Made by a program: the position numbers and the translations under genes. The notes beneath the pieces are model-generated. The model was not told the origin of the DNA. It did not search any database and saw only the letters and a program-made list of their open reading frames with translations. This document shows, in pieces, positions 9,096-19,331 of a DNA stretch of 64,000 nucleotides (positions are counted from its first letter, which is position 1; each line of letters starts with the position of its first letter). The stretch is from a virus (lineage: Duplodnaviria; Caudoviricetes): the IMG/VR virus record IMGVR_UViG_2791355221_000004, positions 34,923 through 98,922 of that record; one strand, written 5' to 3'.

Positions 9096-9431
9096 GTGGC
9101 TATCATTAATTATACGGACATACAAACTATATTAAATTGTCCGATAGAAAGAGAGGGTCATCATATGTTCATTAAATTATCCCAAAAGCACAAAGTAGGT
9201 AGAACCTTCGTTATCGTGTCGTTAAACTCATCCGATTTAGTAGATATAGGTTACGTTGCTAAGCTCCAGAAAGAGATGGAGAAGTACTTCGGCTTTCCAG
9301 TTTACTTCTACAACGTCGAGAATAAACAGTGTCTTGGTGAGTCAGAAGATGTAATAAGCTGGATTCAAAGTAACGTAGAAACAGTAAGTTGGGAACACTG
9401 GGCAATCAAGGAGGAAGCAGCCGTAGTATAG
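9096..9431 (+). CDS. hypothetical protein
   Basis: ORF (likely start ATG ~9165 after GAGAGGG) followed by a terminator at 9416-9441. Confidence 0.6.
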   Translation: MAIINYTDIQTILNCPIEREGHHMFIKLSQKHKVGRTFVIVSLNSSDLVDIGYVAKLQKEMEKYFGFPVYFYNVENKQCLGESEDVISWIQSNVETVSWEHWAIKEEAAVV

Positions 9432-9558
9432 GCTGTTTTTTCTTTTCTTTATTATAAACTAAAAATAATATTTACATAATAAATTATATGTGTTACATTT
9501 TTATTGGAGGGAGGAAATTGGAAGAATTTATAACTACATAAGGGAGATGATTCGCTGT

Positions 9559-11502
9559 TTGAAATTATTATTAGATACATATCCGTTTAGCAAGAAGCCA
9601 ACAGGAAGTGAAATACCTGTGCTATCCAATAGAATTAGCAAATATCCAGTAGATATTACGGCTGCAGAACTTGCACAAGAAATAGTTAAAGGGAAGACAT
9701 TCGTTCCAGTAACGCTAACTGAAGTTGGAGAAAAAAAGAGAGCTCAATTAAATTGGAAGTCGCAAGAAATAATTTGTTTAGATTTTGACAATGAAAAGAG
9801 TATTCCTGATCCTGATAATCCCAAAAAGAAAATCAAAGTTAAAGATATCAAGATGACATTAGCGGCCGCGTTAGAGGAGTTTAAGGATACTGCAATGTTC
9901 ATTTACACATCATTCAGCCACAAACCAGATCATCCAAAGTTTCGTGTTGTATTTGCATTAGAAAAAGTCTGTTATTCATCTAACGATATCATATCAACAT
10001 ACAATTATTTTGAATCGAAGTATCCTTACATAGATACAAATTGCTCTGAGGTTGCACGAATGTTCTATGGTGGCAAAGAGCTTTTCGAATTAAATTACTC
10101 TAATCGAATACCCATTGTTATAGCCTCGTCCATCAATAAGAGTAAAAATAATGGTGGTGGTTTATGTGACTTTGATAGCATTAGGGTATTATCTAATGAA
10201 TATAATAGTCACCAAAACCCCCCATCTAAAGTTATCATCAATAGTAATACTCAGCTCAATATCCAACAAGACAATATGCTGGAGTACATTAAGTCTAAGA
10301 ATATAGATAGGCTACATACAATACTTAATCCTAATGCTGTAGACTTCTATACATATAGTGAAACAGTCGAACATATCAAAAGCCAAGACTTAAGACTATT
10401 CTTAGGAATCAATGCCCCAACCTTCAGATGTATATTTCATGACGACAATTCACCAAGCGCAAGCATATTCAAGAGCGATAAATCAAATGACATTCTATAC
10501 TGCTGCAACAGTTCCAATTGTAAGTTTGGTACTGGAAATGTAATCAAATGTGTTGAGTGGCTGCTAAAATGCAATAGACTTCAAGCTTTACGTTTTCTCA
10601 GACAGGTCTATAAAATTGGATTTCATCAAACAGAATGGCAAAAGGAACAAATCGAGTTTTTAGATGAGAATATTCGCTATGTTCAAAGTGAAGAATTTTC
10701 GTATTCACAACCAATTCAATACAAGTTGATCAAAAACTACATAGGTGATTTAGTAAATTTTTGGAGCATTGCAAAGGACTACCTCCCACCTGAACACTAT
10801 TCTTCAGAGCAGTCAGAAGTATTGTTTTATGCAAGCATAGGTCATTTTAACAAAGTCTACGGTAAGAACAAAAGTGTAAAGAGACTCGGAGATAGGTTAT
10901 CGCTATTCACATATTTGAAGTACATTAAAAAATTAAAGGAATCTGAGATCCCAGATAGAATGTTGAAGGAATCAAAAAAATACATAATCAAGAATAAAGC
11001 ATTAAACAATCAGGACTCATATAATTTAATTCAACATTATGTTGCATACCCACTTACTCAAGATGTATTAGTTGATGCTGAAGACAAAGCTCTAGAATAT
11101 AGAAATAGTGAGTTCACAATGAAAGCATGGTCGTGGGAGACAATAGCAAGAACACTTAATGAAGAAGAAGCAAATCGAGTGTTTCCTCAGATGGGGGGAA
11201 AGAAAACTAAGATTAGAGAAAAAAGCCATAAGATGACTACAGAAATTGAGATAGTTGGTATGAAATTGATCAGTGAGAATGGCTGGACGACAGAGAAAGA
11301 GATTTTGGAGAATGTTGACTTGACTATTATTACATCCAAGACAGGCAAAGAGAGACAGATGAAGAAGATTATCTTTGAGTTTATGCAAAAGTATGGGTTA
11401 ATCAAATTTCAACTTAACAAGAAGCTATCCGCGGAACTAGGCATTCCACCAACAGTTACAGAAAATGGAGTAGGCTATCCAAGAATTATCTATAAAAAAT
11501 GA
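9559..11502 (+). CDS. replication protein: AEP primase-like N-domain + CHC2-type zinc finger
   Basis: ICLDFDN, IYTSFSH, KFRVVF AEP-like motifs; RCIFHDDNSPS...CCNSSNC zinc finger; start uncertain (9490-9559). Confidence 0.75.
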   Translation: MKLLLDTYPFSKKPTGSEIPVLSNRISKYPVDITAAELAQEIVKGKTFVPVTLTEVGEKKRAQLNWKSQEIICLDFDNEKSIPDPDNPKKKIKVKDIKMTLAAALEEFKDTAMFIYTSFSHKPDHPKFRVVFALEKVCYSSNDIISTYNYFESKYPYIDTNCSEVARMFYGGKELFELNYSNRIPIVIASSINKSKNNGGGLCDFDSIRVLSNEYNSHQNPPSKVIINSNTQLNIQQDNMLEYIKSKNIDRLHTILNPNAVDFYTYSETVEHIKSQDLRLFLGINAPTFRCIFHDDNSPSASIFKSDKSNDILYCCNSSNCKFGTGNVIKCVEWLLKCNRLQALRFLRQVYKIGFHQTEWQKEQIEFLDENIRYVQSEEFSYSQPIQYKLIKNYIGDLVNFWSIAKDYLPPEHYSSEQSEVLFYASIGHFNKVYGKNKSVKRLGDRLSLFTYLKYIKKLKESEIPDRMLKESKKYIIKNKALNNQDSYNLIQHYVAYPLTQDVLVDAEDKALEYRNSEFTMKAWSWETIARTLNEEEANRVFPQMGGKKTKIREKSHKMTTEIEIVGMKLISENGWTTEKEILENVDLTIITSKTGKERQMKKIIFEFMQKYGLIKFQLNKKLSAELGIPPTVTENGVGYPRIIYKK

Positions 11503-11634
11503 TTTATATAAAATAAAAATAACTGTTTACATAAAATAAAAGTCGTGTTACATTGTTAATGGGAGGTGTTGAAAATGGTTTAAAGGCATTTAATTAAAAG
11601 TAAAAATAATATTATAAATAAAAAAGGAGTAATT

Positions 11635-12810
11635 ATGGGAATGATTCAAATTGAAAAACTAAATCCACATCCAAAGAATGAATACTATTTTACTGATGTT
11701 GTCGGTGATAAGTATGAAGAAATCAAACGCAGCATCAATACATATGGTATACGCGATCCTCTAAAGGTTACGACAGCTTATACAATTATCAGTGGTCACC
11801 AACGATATAGGATTGCACGAGATTTAGGATTGTCAGAAGTCCCAGTTGAGATTGTTGATGTCGATGAGTGGAAAGCCGAGTACATGTTAATTGCTGAGAA
11901 TACTGAACGCCGCGGAGAAGCCGAAGGAGATCCAATAAAAAAGGCTAGAATTATTCAGTTTTTAAAAGATTATTGGAACATAAAAAAGGGAAGTCGTAGT
12001 GACCTTGGACCAAAAGTCCGAAGTTCAAAAGAAATGGCAGATTATATTGGGGAAGACGAACGAACGACACGCAGACTTGCCAAATTAAATGAACTTATTC
12101 CACAACTTCAATCACTTGTATCGTCTGGAAAGTTTAGTGTGAGAGCAGCAGAGCAACTAGCATATCTAACAGAAGAAGAGCAAGAAGTTTTATTTGAAGA
12201 GAGAGGAGAAGCAATTAGTGAAATGACACTTGACGAATCCAAAAAGCTTAGAAAGGAAAATGAACAATTAAAAAAACAACTTCTAAATAGTAAGGATACG
12301 GAAACTAAAATAGCGAATGCACTTGAAGATAAAAGAACGCTAGAATTGGAGTTAATCAATTTAAAAAATGAAAAGACTAAGACTGAGTTTATCACTAACA
12401 ATATAATGGTGGATAAGCCTGAAACTCTTGATAAAATTACTAGATTAGAAGAGCAAATTAAGGAAAAGGAGGGGTATGTTGAAAAGTATCGTAAATCACT
12501 AAAAGAATTAAATGAGAAAAATGCAATCATTAATAAGTTCATGGGTGAAAACACTAATTTTCAACTCGTATCAAAAGCAAGCGAAGTAACTTTAAAAATG
12601 CTTGATTTTACCAAAGAAATGAGTAGATATGATTATCTTTCTGAGGTTTTTAATGAAATTCCCGATGCTACAAGAAAAGAATATGTGAGAAGTATTTATG
12701 GTGTATATAAATGGGCTAGGAATATTCTTCAAGAAGTGAAACATGATGATGTAATTGGAGTTAATAAAAATATTATTGATGTTAAAAAAACAAACGTGGA
12801 GGTTATTTAA
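11635..12810 (+). CDS. ParB-like N-domain + HTH + coiled-coil protein
   Basis: LNPHPKN...SINTYGIRDPL...IISGHQRYRIA...IAENTERR; HTH SKEMADYIGEDERTTRR. Confidence 0.85.
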   Translation: MGMIQIEKLNPHPKNEYYFTDVVGDKYEEIKRSINTYGIRDPLKVTTAYTIISGHQRYRIARDLGLSEVPVEIVDVDEWKAEYMLIAENTERRGEAEGDPIKKARIIQFLKDYWNIKKGSRSDLGPKVRSSKEMADYIGEDERTTRRLAKLNELIPQLQSLVSSGKFSVRAAEQLAYLTEEEQEVLFEERGEAISEMTLDESKKLRKENEQLKKQLLNSKDTETKIANALEDKRTLELELINLKNEKTKTEFITNNIMVDKPETLDKITRLEEQIKEKEGYVEKYRKSLKELNEKNAIINKFMGENTNFQLVSKASEVTLKMLDFTKEMSRYDYLSEVFNEIPDATRKEYVRSIYGVYKWARNILQEVKHDDVIGVNKNIIDVKKTNVEVI

Positions 12811-12813
12811 TAT

Positions 12814-13422
12814 ATGACAAATTCATTAGAAGTAAAAGTTAATAAAATGGAAAGAATTCTTGAAAAACTAGCTTTGGGGCAAAATAATACTTTCGAAATT
12901 ATTAGTGAACTAACGAACACTGTCACTGATGAAATTAGAGAGCAAGTCAAACAAGTTGTAACAGCAAACTCGTTAGAATTAAATCAAACTGTTCAGACTG
13001 TTAAAACTGAAATCAAAACAGATATTGAACGCATTGATGATAAAATTAGCAAAACACAGGAGATGGCTATCAGCACAGCTAGAGTTTCACAAACATCATC
13101 TAATTATGTCGATCAAGGTGAATTTGGAGACATGTTTAGAGTATCAATTAGTTCCAATAGAATCGGTAGATTGTTTAAAGCTGTGGGGTTAGCAAAAGCA
13201 AGCAAAAGAAAAACAACACCATATGATAAGTTTAAACCTAAATATGCTAAGACAGTTATTTTTGAGGAAAAACAATCTTATCAATGGCACTATAAAAATT
13301 GCATGGATTATATCGAAGATTGGTTAGAGAAAAAAGGACTTCTTGAAGAATTCTATACAATTGAAGTACGGGATGATATGGAGGTATACATTGATCGACT
13401 GTATAATCAGCTTGACTCATAA
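12814..13422 (+). CDS. coiled-coil protein with possible KilA-C-like DNA-binding domain
   Basis: Coiled coil then ...SISSNRIGRLFKAVGL...TPY...YQW; weak resemblance only. Confidence 0.55.
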   Translation: MTNSLEVKVNKMERILEKLALGQNNTFEIISELTNTVTDEIREQVKQVVTANSLELNQTVQTVKTEIKTDIERIDDKISKTQEMAISTARVSQTSSNYVDQGEFGDMFRVSISSNRIGRLFKAVGLAKASKRKTTPYDKFKPKYAKTVIFEEKQSYQWHYKNCMDYIEDWLEKKGLLEEFYTIEVRDDMEVYIDRLYNQLDS

Positions 13423-13454
13423 TAACAATAAATAAATATAAAATAAAAATAATA

Positions 13455-13730
13455 ATGAAATACATAACGATAATAGGCGGCCAGAAAAAGTGGTATAAGG
13501 CAGTAACAGACGATTTAAATCTTGAGTTAATACATGATGGAGGAGAGCATCCAAAACGCATATTGGGCAAACTCAAGCGTTCTAAGGCTATATTCTTGGT
13601 TCTTACAGCTACTTCACACAATGCGACTTATATGTGTGTGGAGTACGCCAAGGAGCTTGGTATTCCTTGCTTTAAATTAAAGGGATGTAAGTCACAATTG
13701 AGAGAGTTGATACTACAACTGGATCATTAG
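13455..13730 (+). CDS. DUF2325 family protein
   Basis: ITIIGG...IFLVLTATSHNAT...AKELGIPC pattern. Confidence 0.7.
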   Translation: MKYITIIGGQKKWYKAVTDDLNLELIHDGGEHPKRILGKLKRSKAIFLVLTATSHNATYMCVEYAKELGIPCFKLKGCKSQLRELILQLDH

Positions 13731-13754
13731 TAAACGAATGGAGGAATTCTGAAT

Positions 13755-16502
13755 TTGAAGCAAGGTAAATCTTATACAATTTATAAAATCAACTCTGAAA
13801 GCATTAAGAAGACTAAGTGGAACTTTGTCACAGACTTTGCTAAGTTGCGGAAGAGTGAGGAGGTGGTTGGACTATCAGAAAGCACACTTATTAGAATTCT
13901 TCGTCGTATTGAAGGTATCGATGAACTAGAATTCAGAGATAATCTTACCACATTAGAAGCAGAAATTACTGATCTTAAAAGTTATGAGTCATCAAAAGCA
14001 AATTTAATAAAGCTAAAAGAGTTGAATCAGAAATTAAGAGACATGTTACATATTAAGGATTTAGTCATGATCACCATGAATAAGCCAGAGCACTTTGATA
14101 GATTGAATAGTAAAAAAGGCTTTACCATTGATGGAGTTAAATATAAGCGTCTATTTGGTACTGCAGGCGGGGTAAAGAATAAGACTTTATTCTATGCTTC
14201 AGATAATATATATGGTGAGTTAGTGAGAAGAATTGAAAATGGAAGAGACATGGAAATAAAAATACCCGCGGCTAAACTGGAAGCATATAAATCACTAGTT
14301 GCGTCATCTTCATTATCTGTGGGAAGTCTAGATCCAAAGAAAATTCTAGTGGTAAACGATTGTAAAACAATATTTAAAGAGGATGTTATCCGAATCTATG
14401 ATGAAAAAGGAAAGAATTATCCAACTGTTGAGGAAGTAGAAGGATATACAATAGAAAACAATGCTTCTGATGGATTTGGACTAATATCTCCAAAATTAGC
14501 AGAGGAATGGGGTATCAATAGTGGCGGCTGCATGCGGAATGCATTTCTGAAAGGTATGATTTTCCCATTTGACTTCCACGAGTTTGCAAAAACTGAGGCA
14601 GAGGAAAAATACGAAGTATTTGATGTATGGAGTAAAACTGCCAAAGACATCAGGGATGTTCAATTGATTTTGACCACATCTATGTTGAAGTTGTGGAAAG
14701 CCTATAAAAGTATTGAGGAATACATAGGATGCTGTAATAAGAATGGTTTTACTTTCAGTATTACAAAAGTGACACCGAAATCACTAGAAAATCAGAGAGA
14801 CTTGAATTATCAGTTCATTCAATCTTTAGAGCTTTCAGATGCCGATATTGAAGAATTAGTAAGGCCAACAGTGGATACTATTAATGATATTATGAGTAGT
14901 GATTATCGAAAGACCATATTGTACCTTAAAGGTGAAGATTTAAAAGAAAAAGGTTATAAAATAAAAGGAAATTTCGACTATACTAATGCACTGATGATTG
15001 AACCAAAATTAATTAATGACCCATATGTTAAGAATAAGGTTAAAGATTTGATTAGTAAAAGAATAGTTGATGCAATGAAAGGAGACTTAGTTGTCCGAGG
15101 GAACTTTGCTATTGCATCTGGTGATCCGTATGCGCTGTGCCAAACAATATTCAATATGAAAGTAACTGGCCTTTTGAAAGCAGGAGAGCATTATTCAAGA
15201 TATTGGAGTGATAATGGTGTAAATAGGGTTGCTTGCTTTAGAGCTCCGATGTCTGTGGCAAACAATATTCGAATCTTGAATTTTAAAGATACAGATAAAA
15301 TGAAGCTTTGGTACAAACACATGAAAACAGTCAATATATTCAATGCTTTTGATACGACTCCTCACGCGCAAAACGGTGAAGATTATGATTCAGATTCCAA
15401 TCTTACAACTAATAACTCAGTTTTATTACGAGTAATTAAGGAATTGAAACCTATTATATGTGAACAAGGTACGGCAAAGCCAATTGTCCCCAAAGAAGAT
15501 GACTTGCAAATTGCTAACAAGTTATCATTCGGTGATGATATTGGCAAGGTAACAAACAGGGGAACTTCTCTCTACAATGTCTTGGCTAAATTCGAAAAGG
15601 GAACTGCTGAATATAATGAGATACAATATAGAATCAAGTGTGTCCAACATTATCAGCAAAATGCTATCGACAAAACAAAAGGAGCAGAGTGGAGCCCATT
15701 CCCCAAAGAATGGTATAGCGCGAATGCAAATCAGATTATTGAGTACGATACAGAAGAAGATATTCAAAGAAAGCTACTTAATATATCGATCCTAGCCGAT
15801 AAACAGCCATACTTCTTTATTTATAGATACCCTGAAACAAGCAAAAAATATAAGGAATACGTAAGAAAGCATGAAGATAACTGTATTTTTAACTATGGGA
15901 TTAAACTACAGGATATGCTGACCAAGCAAGACAGGGATAAGGCAGAAGAAAATTTTGTATTTAATTATTATAGCTATATCCCAGTATCCTTAGCACCTTC
16001 AACAATGAATCGAATTTGTTGGAAAGTAGAGGAAGAATTCAAAGGTATTAAAAAAGGCAGCAATAAAGAAAAATTTGATTATACAGTAATGAAATCAGGC
16101 ATTCAATACAATCAGAAACATTATAAACAATTGCAGAAGCTATATAATAAACACAATGCACTTATGCAATCTTATAAGAAAATAAGTAAACAGGATGATA
16201 TCGATAAAGAAGAGTCAAATGAACAAAGTCGTCAATTTGTTGATGAATTTAGAAATAGCTCTTTAGAAATATGTAGCAATATGATCGAACTAACAGATAT
16301 GGTGTTAGATATTTGCTATTCAAAGTTAAATGAGAGTAAGTCTAAGCAGTTTGCATGGGATATTTGTGGAGAACAGATTATTCGTAACCTATGTCAAAGT
16401 AATGATTTCGTAATTAATATTCCAGTTCTAGATGAGAATGGAGATATTAATTTTAATGGCAAAAGATTTAGAATGACAAAATCTTTTATTAGGAGTGTGT
16501 AG
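13755..16502 (+). CDS. yonO: YonO-like single-subunit DNA-dependent RNA polymerase (cellular RdRP-related)
   Basis: SDGFGLISP, RNAFLKGM, FRAP and metal-binding DYDSD (DxDGD variant) motifs; upstream of HU and the head genes as in SPbeta. Confidence 0.85.
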   Translation: MKQGKSYTIYKINSESIKKTKWNFVTDFAKLRKSEEVVGLSESTLIRILRRIEGIDELEFRDNLTTLEAEITDLKSYESSKANLIKLKELNQKLRDMLHIKDLVMITMNKPEHFDRLNSKKGFTIDGVKYKRLFGTAGGVKNKTLFYASDNIYGELVRRIENGRDMEIKIPAAKLEAYKSLVASSSLSVGSLDPKKILVVNDCKTIFKEDVIRIYDEKGKNYPTVEEVEGYTIENNASDGFGLISPKLAEEWGINSGGCMRNAFLKGMIFPFDFHEFAKTEAEEKYEVFDVWSKTAKDIRDVQLILTTSMLKLWKAYKSIEEYIGCCNKNGFTFSITKVTPKSLENQRDLNYQFIQSLELSDADIEELVRPTVDTINDIMSSDYRKTILYLKGEDLKEKGYKIKGNFDYTNALMIEPKLINDPYVKNKVKDLISKRIVDAMKGDLVVRGNFAIASGDPYALCQTIFNMKVTGLLKAGEHYSRYWSDNGVNRVACFRAPMSVANNIRILNFKDTDKMKLWYKHMKTVNIFNAFDTTPHAQNGEDYDSDSNLTTNNSVLLRVIKELKPIICEQGTAKPIVPKEDDLQIANKLSFGDDIGKVTNRGTSLYNVLAKFEKGTAEYNEIQYRIKCVQHYQQNAIDKTKGAEWSPFPKEWYSANANQIIEYDTEEDIQRKLLNISILADKQPYFFIYRYPETSKKYKEYVRKHEDNCIFNYGIKLQDMLTKQDRDKAEENFVFNYYSYIPVSLAPSTMNRICWKVEEEFKGIKKGSNKEKFDYTVMKSGIQYNQKHYKQLQKLYNKHNALMQSYKKISKQDDIDKEESNEQSRQFVDEFRNSSLEICSNMIELTDMVLDICYSKLNESKSKQFAWDICGEQIIRNLCQSNDFVINIPVLDENGDINFNGKRFRMTKSFIRSV

Positions 16503-17342
16503 ATGGAAAAAATACTAAATGAGAAGAAGTATCTGCATAAAATTATTTTCGAAAACTATATTGATCCTAATTTATTTAACCCTATAAGACTTCTTGTTAA
16601 GTATTATGTAGTTAACGGATTGGATAAAAGAAAAGTATATAACTGTGTTTTAAGATATGCGTGTAATATTTATAAAAAAGTCGATAAAATAAAAAATGAT
16701 AAGGTTAATAAGAGATATGAAGAAGAAGAGCTTGAGGATATTGTCAAAAAAAATGTGAACTACTACTTTCAGAAGAAGAAGAAACTGATTAAAGAGAACA
16801 AAGAGTTAAGATTAACAGATATTGATCAAATACATATAACTAAGAATGAACTCTATAAGATTTCGATGCTTAGTAATTTTGAATTAGAGAGACTTGCTTA
16901 TGTAATGTTGGTTCTGAGCAAGATTGGAAGAGCCAAGTCTGATAACTGTCAAGATAATGTGAACTATGGGGTATTCTGCAATCGAGAAGTATTTGAAGAG
17001 GCATTTCTTTCATATTCTTATAAAAATAAGCTGCTAATCAATGAATTGAAACAAACTGGTCATGTATCTCCAAATCAAGAAAATGGCAAATCCATTTTCG
17101 TCAAAGTTTTGTTTGCTGATAAAGATGAAGATTCAGAAGTAGCAATAACCATAACTGATTTTAGGAATTTTGCTTATACATATGACCAATTTAGAGGTAG
17201 CAAGGTTATAACCAAATGCAAGATATGTGGAATTACCTTTCAGAAAAAATCAAAGGGGCATAAATATTGTGAGGATTGTCAAAAAGAAAAGCAACTAGAA
17301 TTCAAAAGAAAAAGTATTAATAAGAAAAGAAAAGTTATGTAG
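16503..17342 (+). CDS. hypothetical protein with C-terminal zinc ribbon, coupled to the RNAP gene
   Basis: Starts at the base after the RNAP stop; CKICG...KYCEDC. Confidence 0.75.
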   Translation: MEKILNEKKYLHKIIFENYIDPNLFNPIRLLVKYYVVNGLDKRKVYNCVLRYACNIYKKVDKIKNDKVNKRYEEEELEDIVKKNVNYYFQKKKKLIKENKELRLTDIDQIHITKNELYKISMLSNFELERLAYVMLVLSKIGRAKSDNCQDNVNYGVFCNREVFEEAFLSYSYKNKLLINELKQTGHVSPNQENGKSIFVKVLFADKDEDSEVAITITDFRNFAYTYDQFRGSKVITKCKICGITFQKKSKGHKYCEDCQKEKQLEFKRKSINKKRKVM

Positions 17343-17465
17343 AGTTTATTGGATCACTAAAAAACTCTTTTAAATAAAGGCTATTTCAGCCAATTTTAAA
17401 AAGTGCTTATGTGGGTAATAAAGTAAAAATAAAAAATAATATTATACATTGGGAGATAATAATAT

Positions 17466-17795
17466 ATGAATAAGGCAGAACTCATAAATAAAGCAGCAGA
17501 AATATCAGGAGTATCTAAAAAAGAAACAGAGAAAGTCGCCAACGCTTTGTTTGACGTAATGTTTGGCACACTAGAAACAGGCGAAGAAGTCCAGATTATT
17601 AATTTTGGCACTTTCTTTAGGCGCATTCGGAAAGCTAGGGAAAATGGAATTAATCCATTACTTGCTGCTGAATATAAGAGCCAAGGATATAGCGAAGAAG
17701 AATATAAGAAAATGGCTAGTGTAAATGTTCCTGAAATGGGTGCTCCAGCGTTTAGAGGCTCGAACAAACTAAAGGCCGCATTGAAACACATTTAG
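17466..17795 (+). CDS. hup: HU-family DNA-binding protein (YonN-like)
   Basis: MNKAELINKAAEISGVSKKE...VQIINFGTF...RKAR.GINP...PAFR. Confidence 0.9.
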   Translation: MNKAELINKAAEISGVSKKETEKVANALFDVMFGTLETGEEVQIINFGTFFRRIRKARENGINPLLAAEYKSQGYSEEEYKKMASVNVPEMGAPAFRGSNKLKAALKHI

Positions 17796-17873
17796 ATAAT
17801 ACATAACCAATTAGACCATTCATTAATTTGGATGGTCTTTTCATATTTAATCAAAAGGGAGATTGATGAAATA

Positions 17874-18044
17874 ATGGCTATCGAAAAACTGAAAGAATTA
17901 AACAAAATTAAAGAGGATTTGTATGCACTCTACCCTAACGCAGTAAAGATTCAGTTTACTTGCGAAGGGGACAAAGTGACGCTTGTTCCAACAGAGAAGT
18001 ATGAGATTTCACCAGAAGCTTTAGTCTCAGAGGAAGAGGAATAA
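17874..18044 (+). CDS. small hypothetical protein (YonK position)
   Basis: GGGAG RBS; lies between HU and the phosphoesterase. Confidence 0.6.
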   Translation: MAIEKLKELNKIKEDLYALYPNAVKIQFTCEGDKVTLVPTEKYEISPEALVSEEEE

Positions 18045-19331
18045 TTGATGAAAGATACTCTTCTTGCTTTAGGGATTAAAAAACGCAACAAGCAGATCAA
18101 CATGAGTTGGCAGGAAATTGCTGACCAAAGTGATGGATTGTTTACTTCAGGTGAAAATTTCAGGTGTTGGGTTAAAGAGCAGCTTCGTAAAAAGGGTGAA
18201 CTTAAATCCAAGGGTGTTGTAGTAGAGAAGGCAACATTGCCTAACTACAAAGAGACTGTCGAGATAAATAAGGATGGTTCACACACAAGCGATAAACTGC
18301 TTACAATGTCCGCTGAGCAGTGCAAGGACGTAGAATACCTACTTAAAGCTCATGGTTATGACACAAAAGCGTGGGAACTTGTCTCCGCGAGAAACAACAT
18401 TTGGAATGTGTACAGTAAGGTTGACGGTGTTCAAACTCTTTATTCAAGTAAGATTTCAGTGAAACCACGAAAAGAAGTATTGAGTTTAGAATACATTCGT
18501 GAAGTATTTGATGAAATGAGTTCCAACTATAAGCTTCCTACGTTTAATCCAGTTAGATACAATGCAGATGGAAAAATGCTGGAAGTAAATATTTCAGATC
18601 TTCACTTAGGCAAGATTGCCGATTTGAGCACGTCAAACGATACATATAATCATGAGATTGCGAGAAATAGATTCTTCCACGTTATTAATGATGTAATCAC
18701 ACGTACTTCACACTATAAATTCGAAAAGATATTATTCATCTATTCTCAAGACTTCTTCCATCATGAAGGATTATCCACTTCCACAACAAGTGGAACAAAA
18801 ATGGAAACAGATTTGAGATGGAACGAACTGTTTAAAATGGGTGTCCAAATGCTTGTTGAAGCTATTGATATCCTATCACAAGTTGCGCCAGTTGAGACAA
18901 TCTATATTGAAAGTAATCATGACCGTCAGATTAGCTACTATGCAATTGAGTATTTATATGCTTGGTTCAGGAACAATCCAAATGTAACAGTTGATAATAG
19001 TCCTTTGTCTAGGAAATATATCGAGTTTGGTAAAAATCTTATTGGATTCGCTCATGGACACAATGAGAAAAAGAGACTTGCTTTTCTTATGCCAACTGAA
19101 GCTAAAGAGGCATGGAGTCGTACAGAATATCGAGAGTTTCACTTAGGACATTTACATAGTGAGCAATCGGTCACAGAGCAGAATGGAATCATTGTACGGC
19201 ACATTAGTAGCGTAACAGGAACTGATACTTGGCATCATTCGCAGGGCTTCGTTGGAAGTCAAAAGAAAGCCCAATCATTTGTCTATGACAGAGATTTGGG
19301 TTTATTGGATGTTTTACATATCAATGTTTAA
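18045..19331 (+). CDS. calcineurin-like metallophosphoesterase (YonJ-like)
   Basis: SDLHLG, QDFFH, SNHD, AHGH, GHLH motifs. Confidence 0.8.
   Translation: MMKDTLLALGIKKRNKQINMSWQEIADQSDGLFTSGENFRCWVKEQLRKKGELKSKGVVVEKATLPNYKETVEINKDGSHTSDKLLTMSAEQCKDVEYLLKAHGYDTKAWELVSARNNIWNVYSKVDGVQTLYSSKISVKPRKEVLSLEYIREVFDEMSSNYKLPTFNPVRYNADGKMLEVNISDLHLGKIADLSTSNDTYNHEIARNRFFHVINDVITRTSHYKFEKILFIYSQDFFHHEGLSTSTTSGTKMETDLRWNELFKMGVQMLVEAIDILSQVAPVETIYIESNHDRQISYYAIEYLYAWFRNNPNVTVDNSPLSRKYIEFGKNLIGFAHGHNEKKRLAFLMPTEAKEAWSRTEYREFHLGHLHSEQSVTEQNGIIVRHISSVTGTDTWHHSQGFVGSQKKAQSFVYDRDLGLLDVLHINV

Noticed and set aside
13755-16502. RNA-dependent RNA polymerase / RNAi-like system
   Set aside because: Context upstream of HU and the head genes matches the DNA-dependent YonO type
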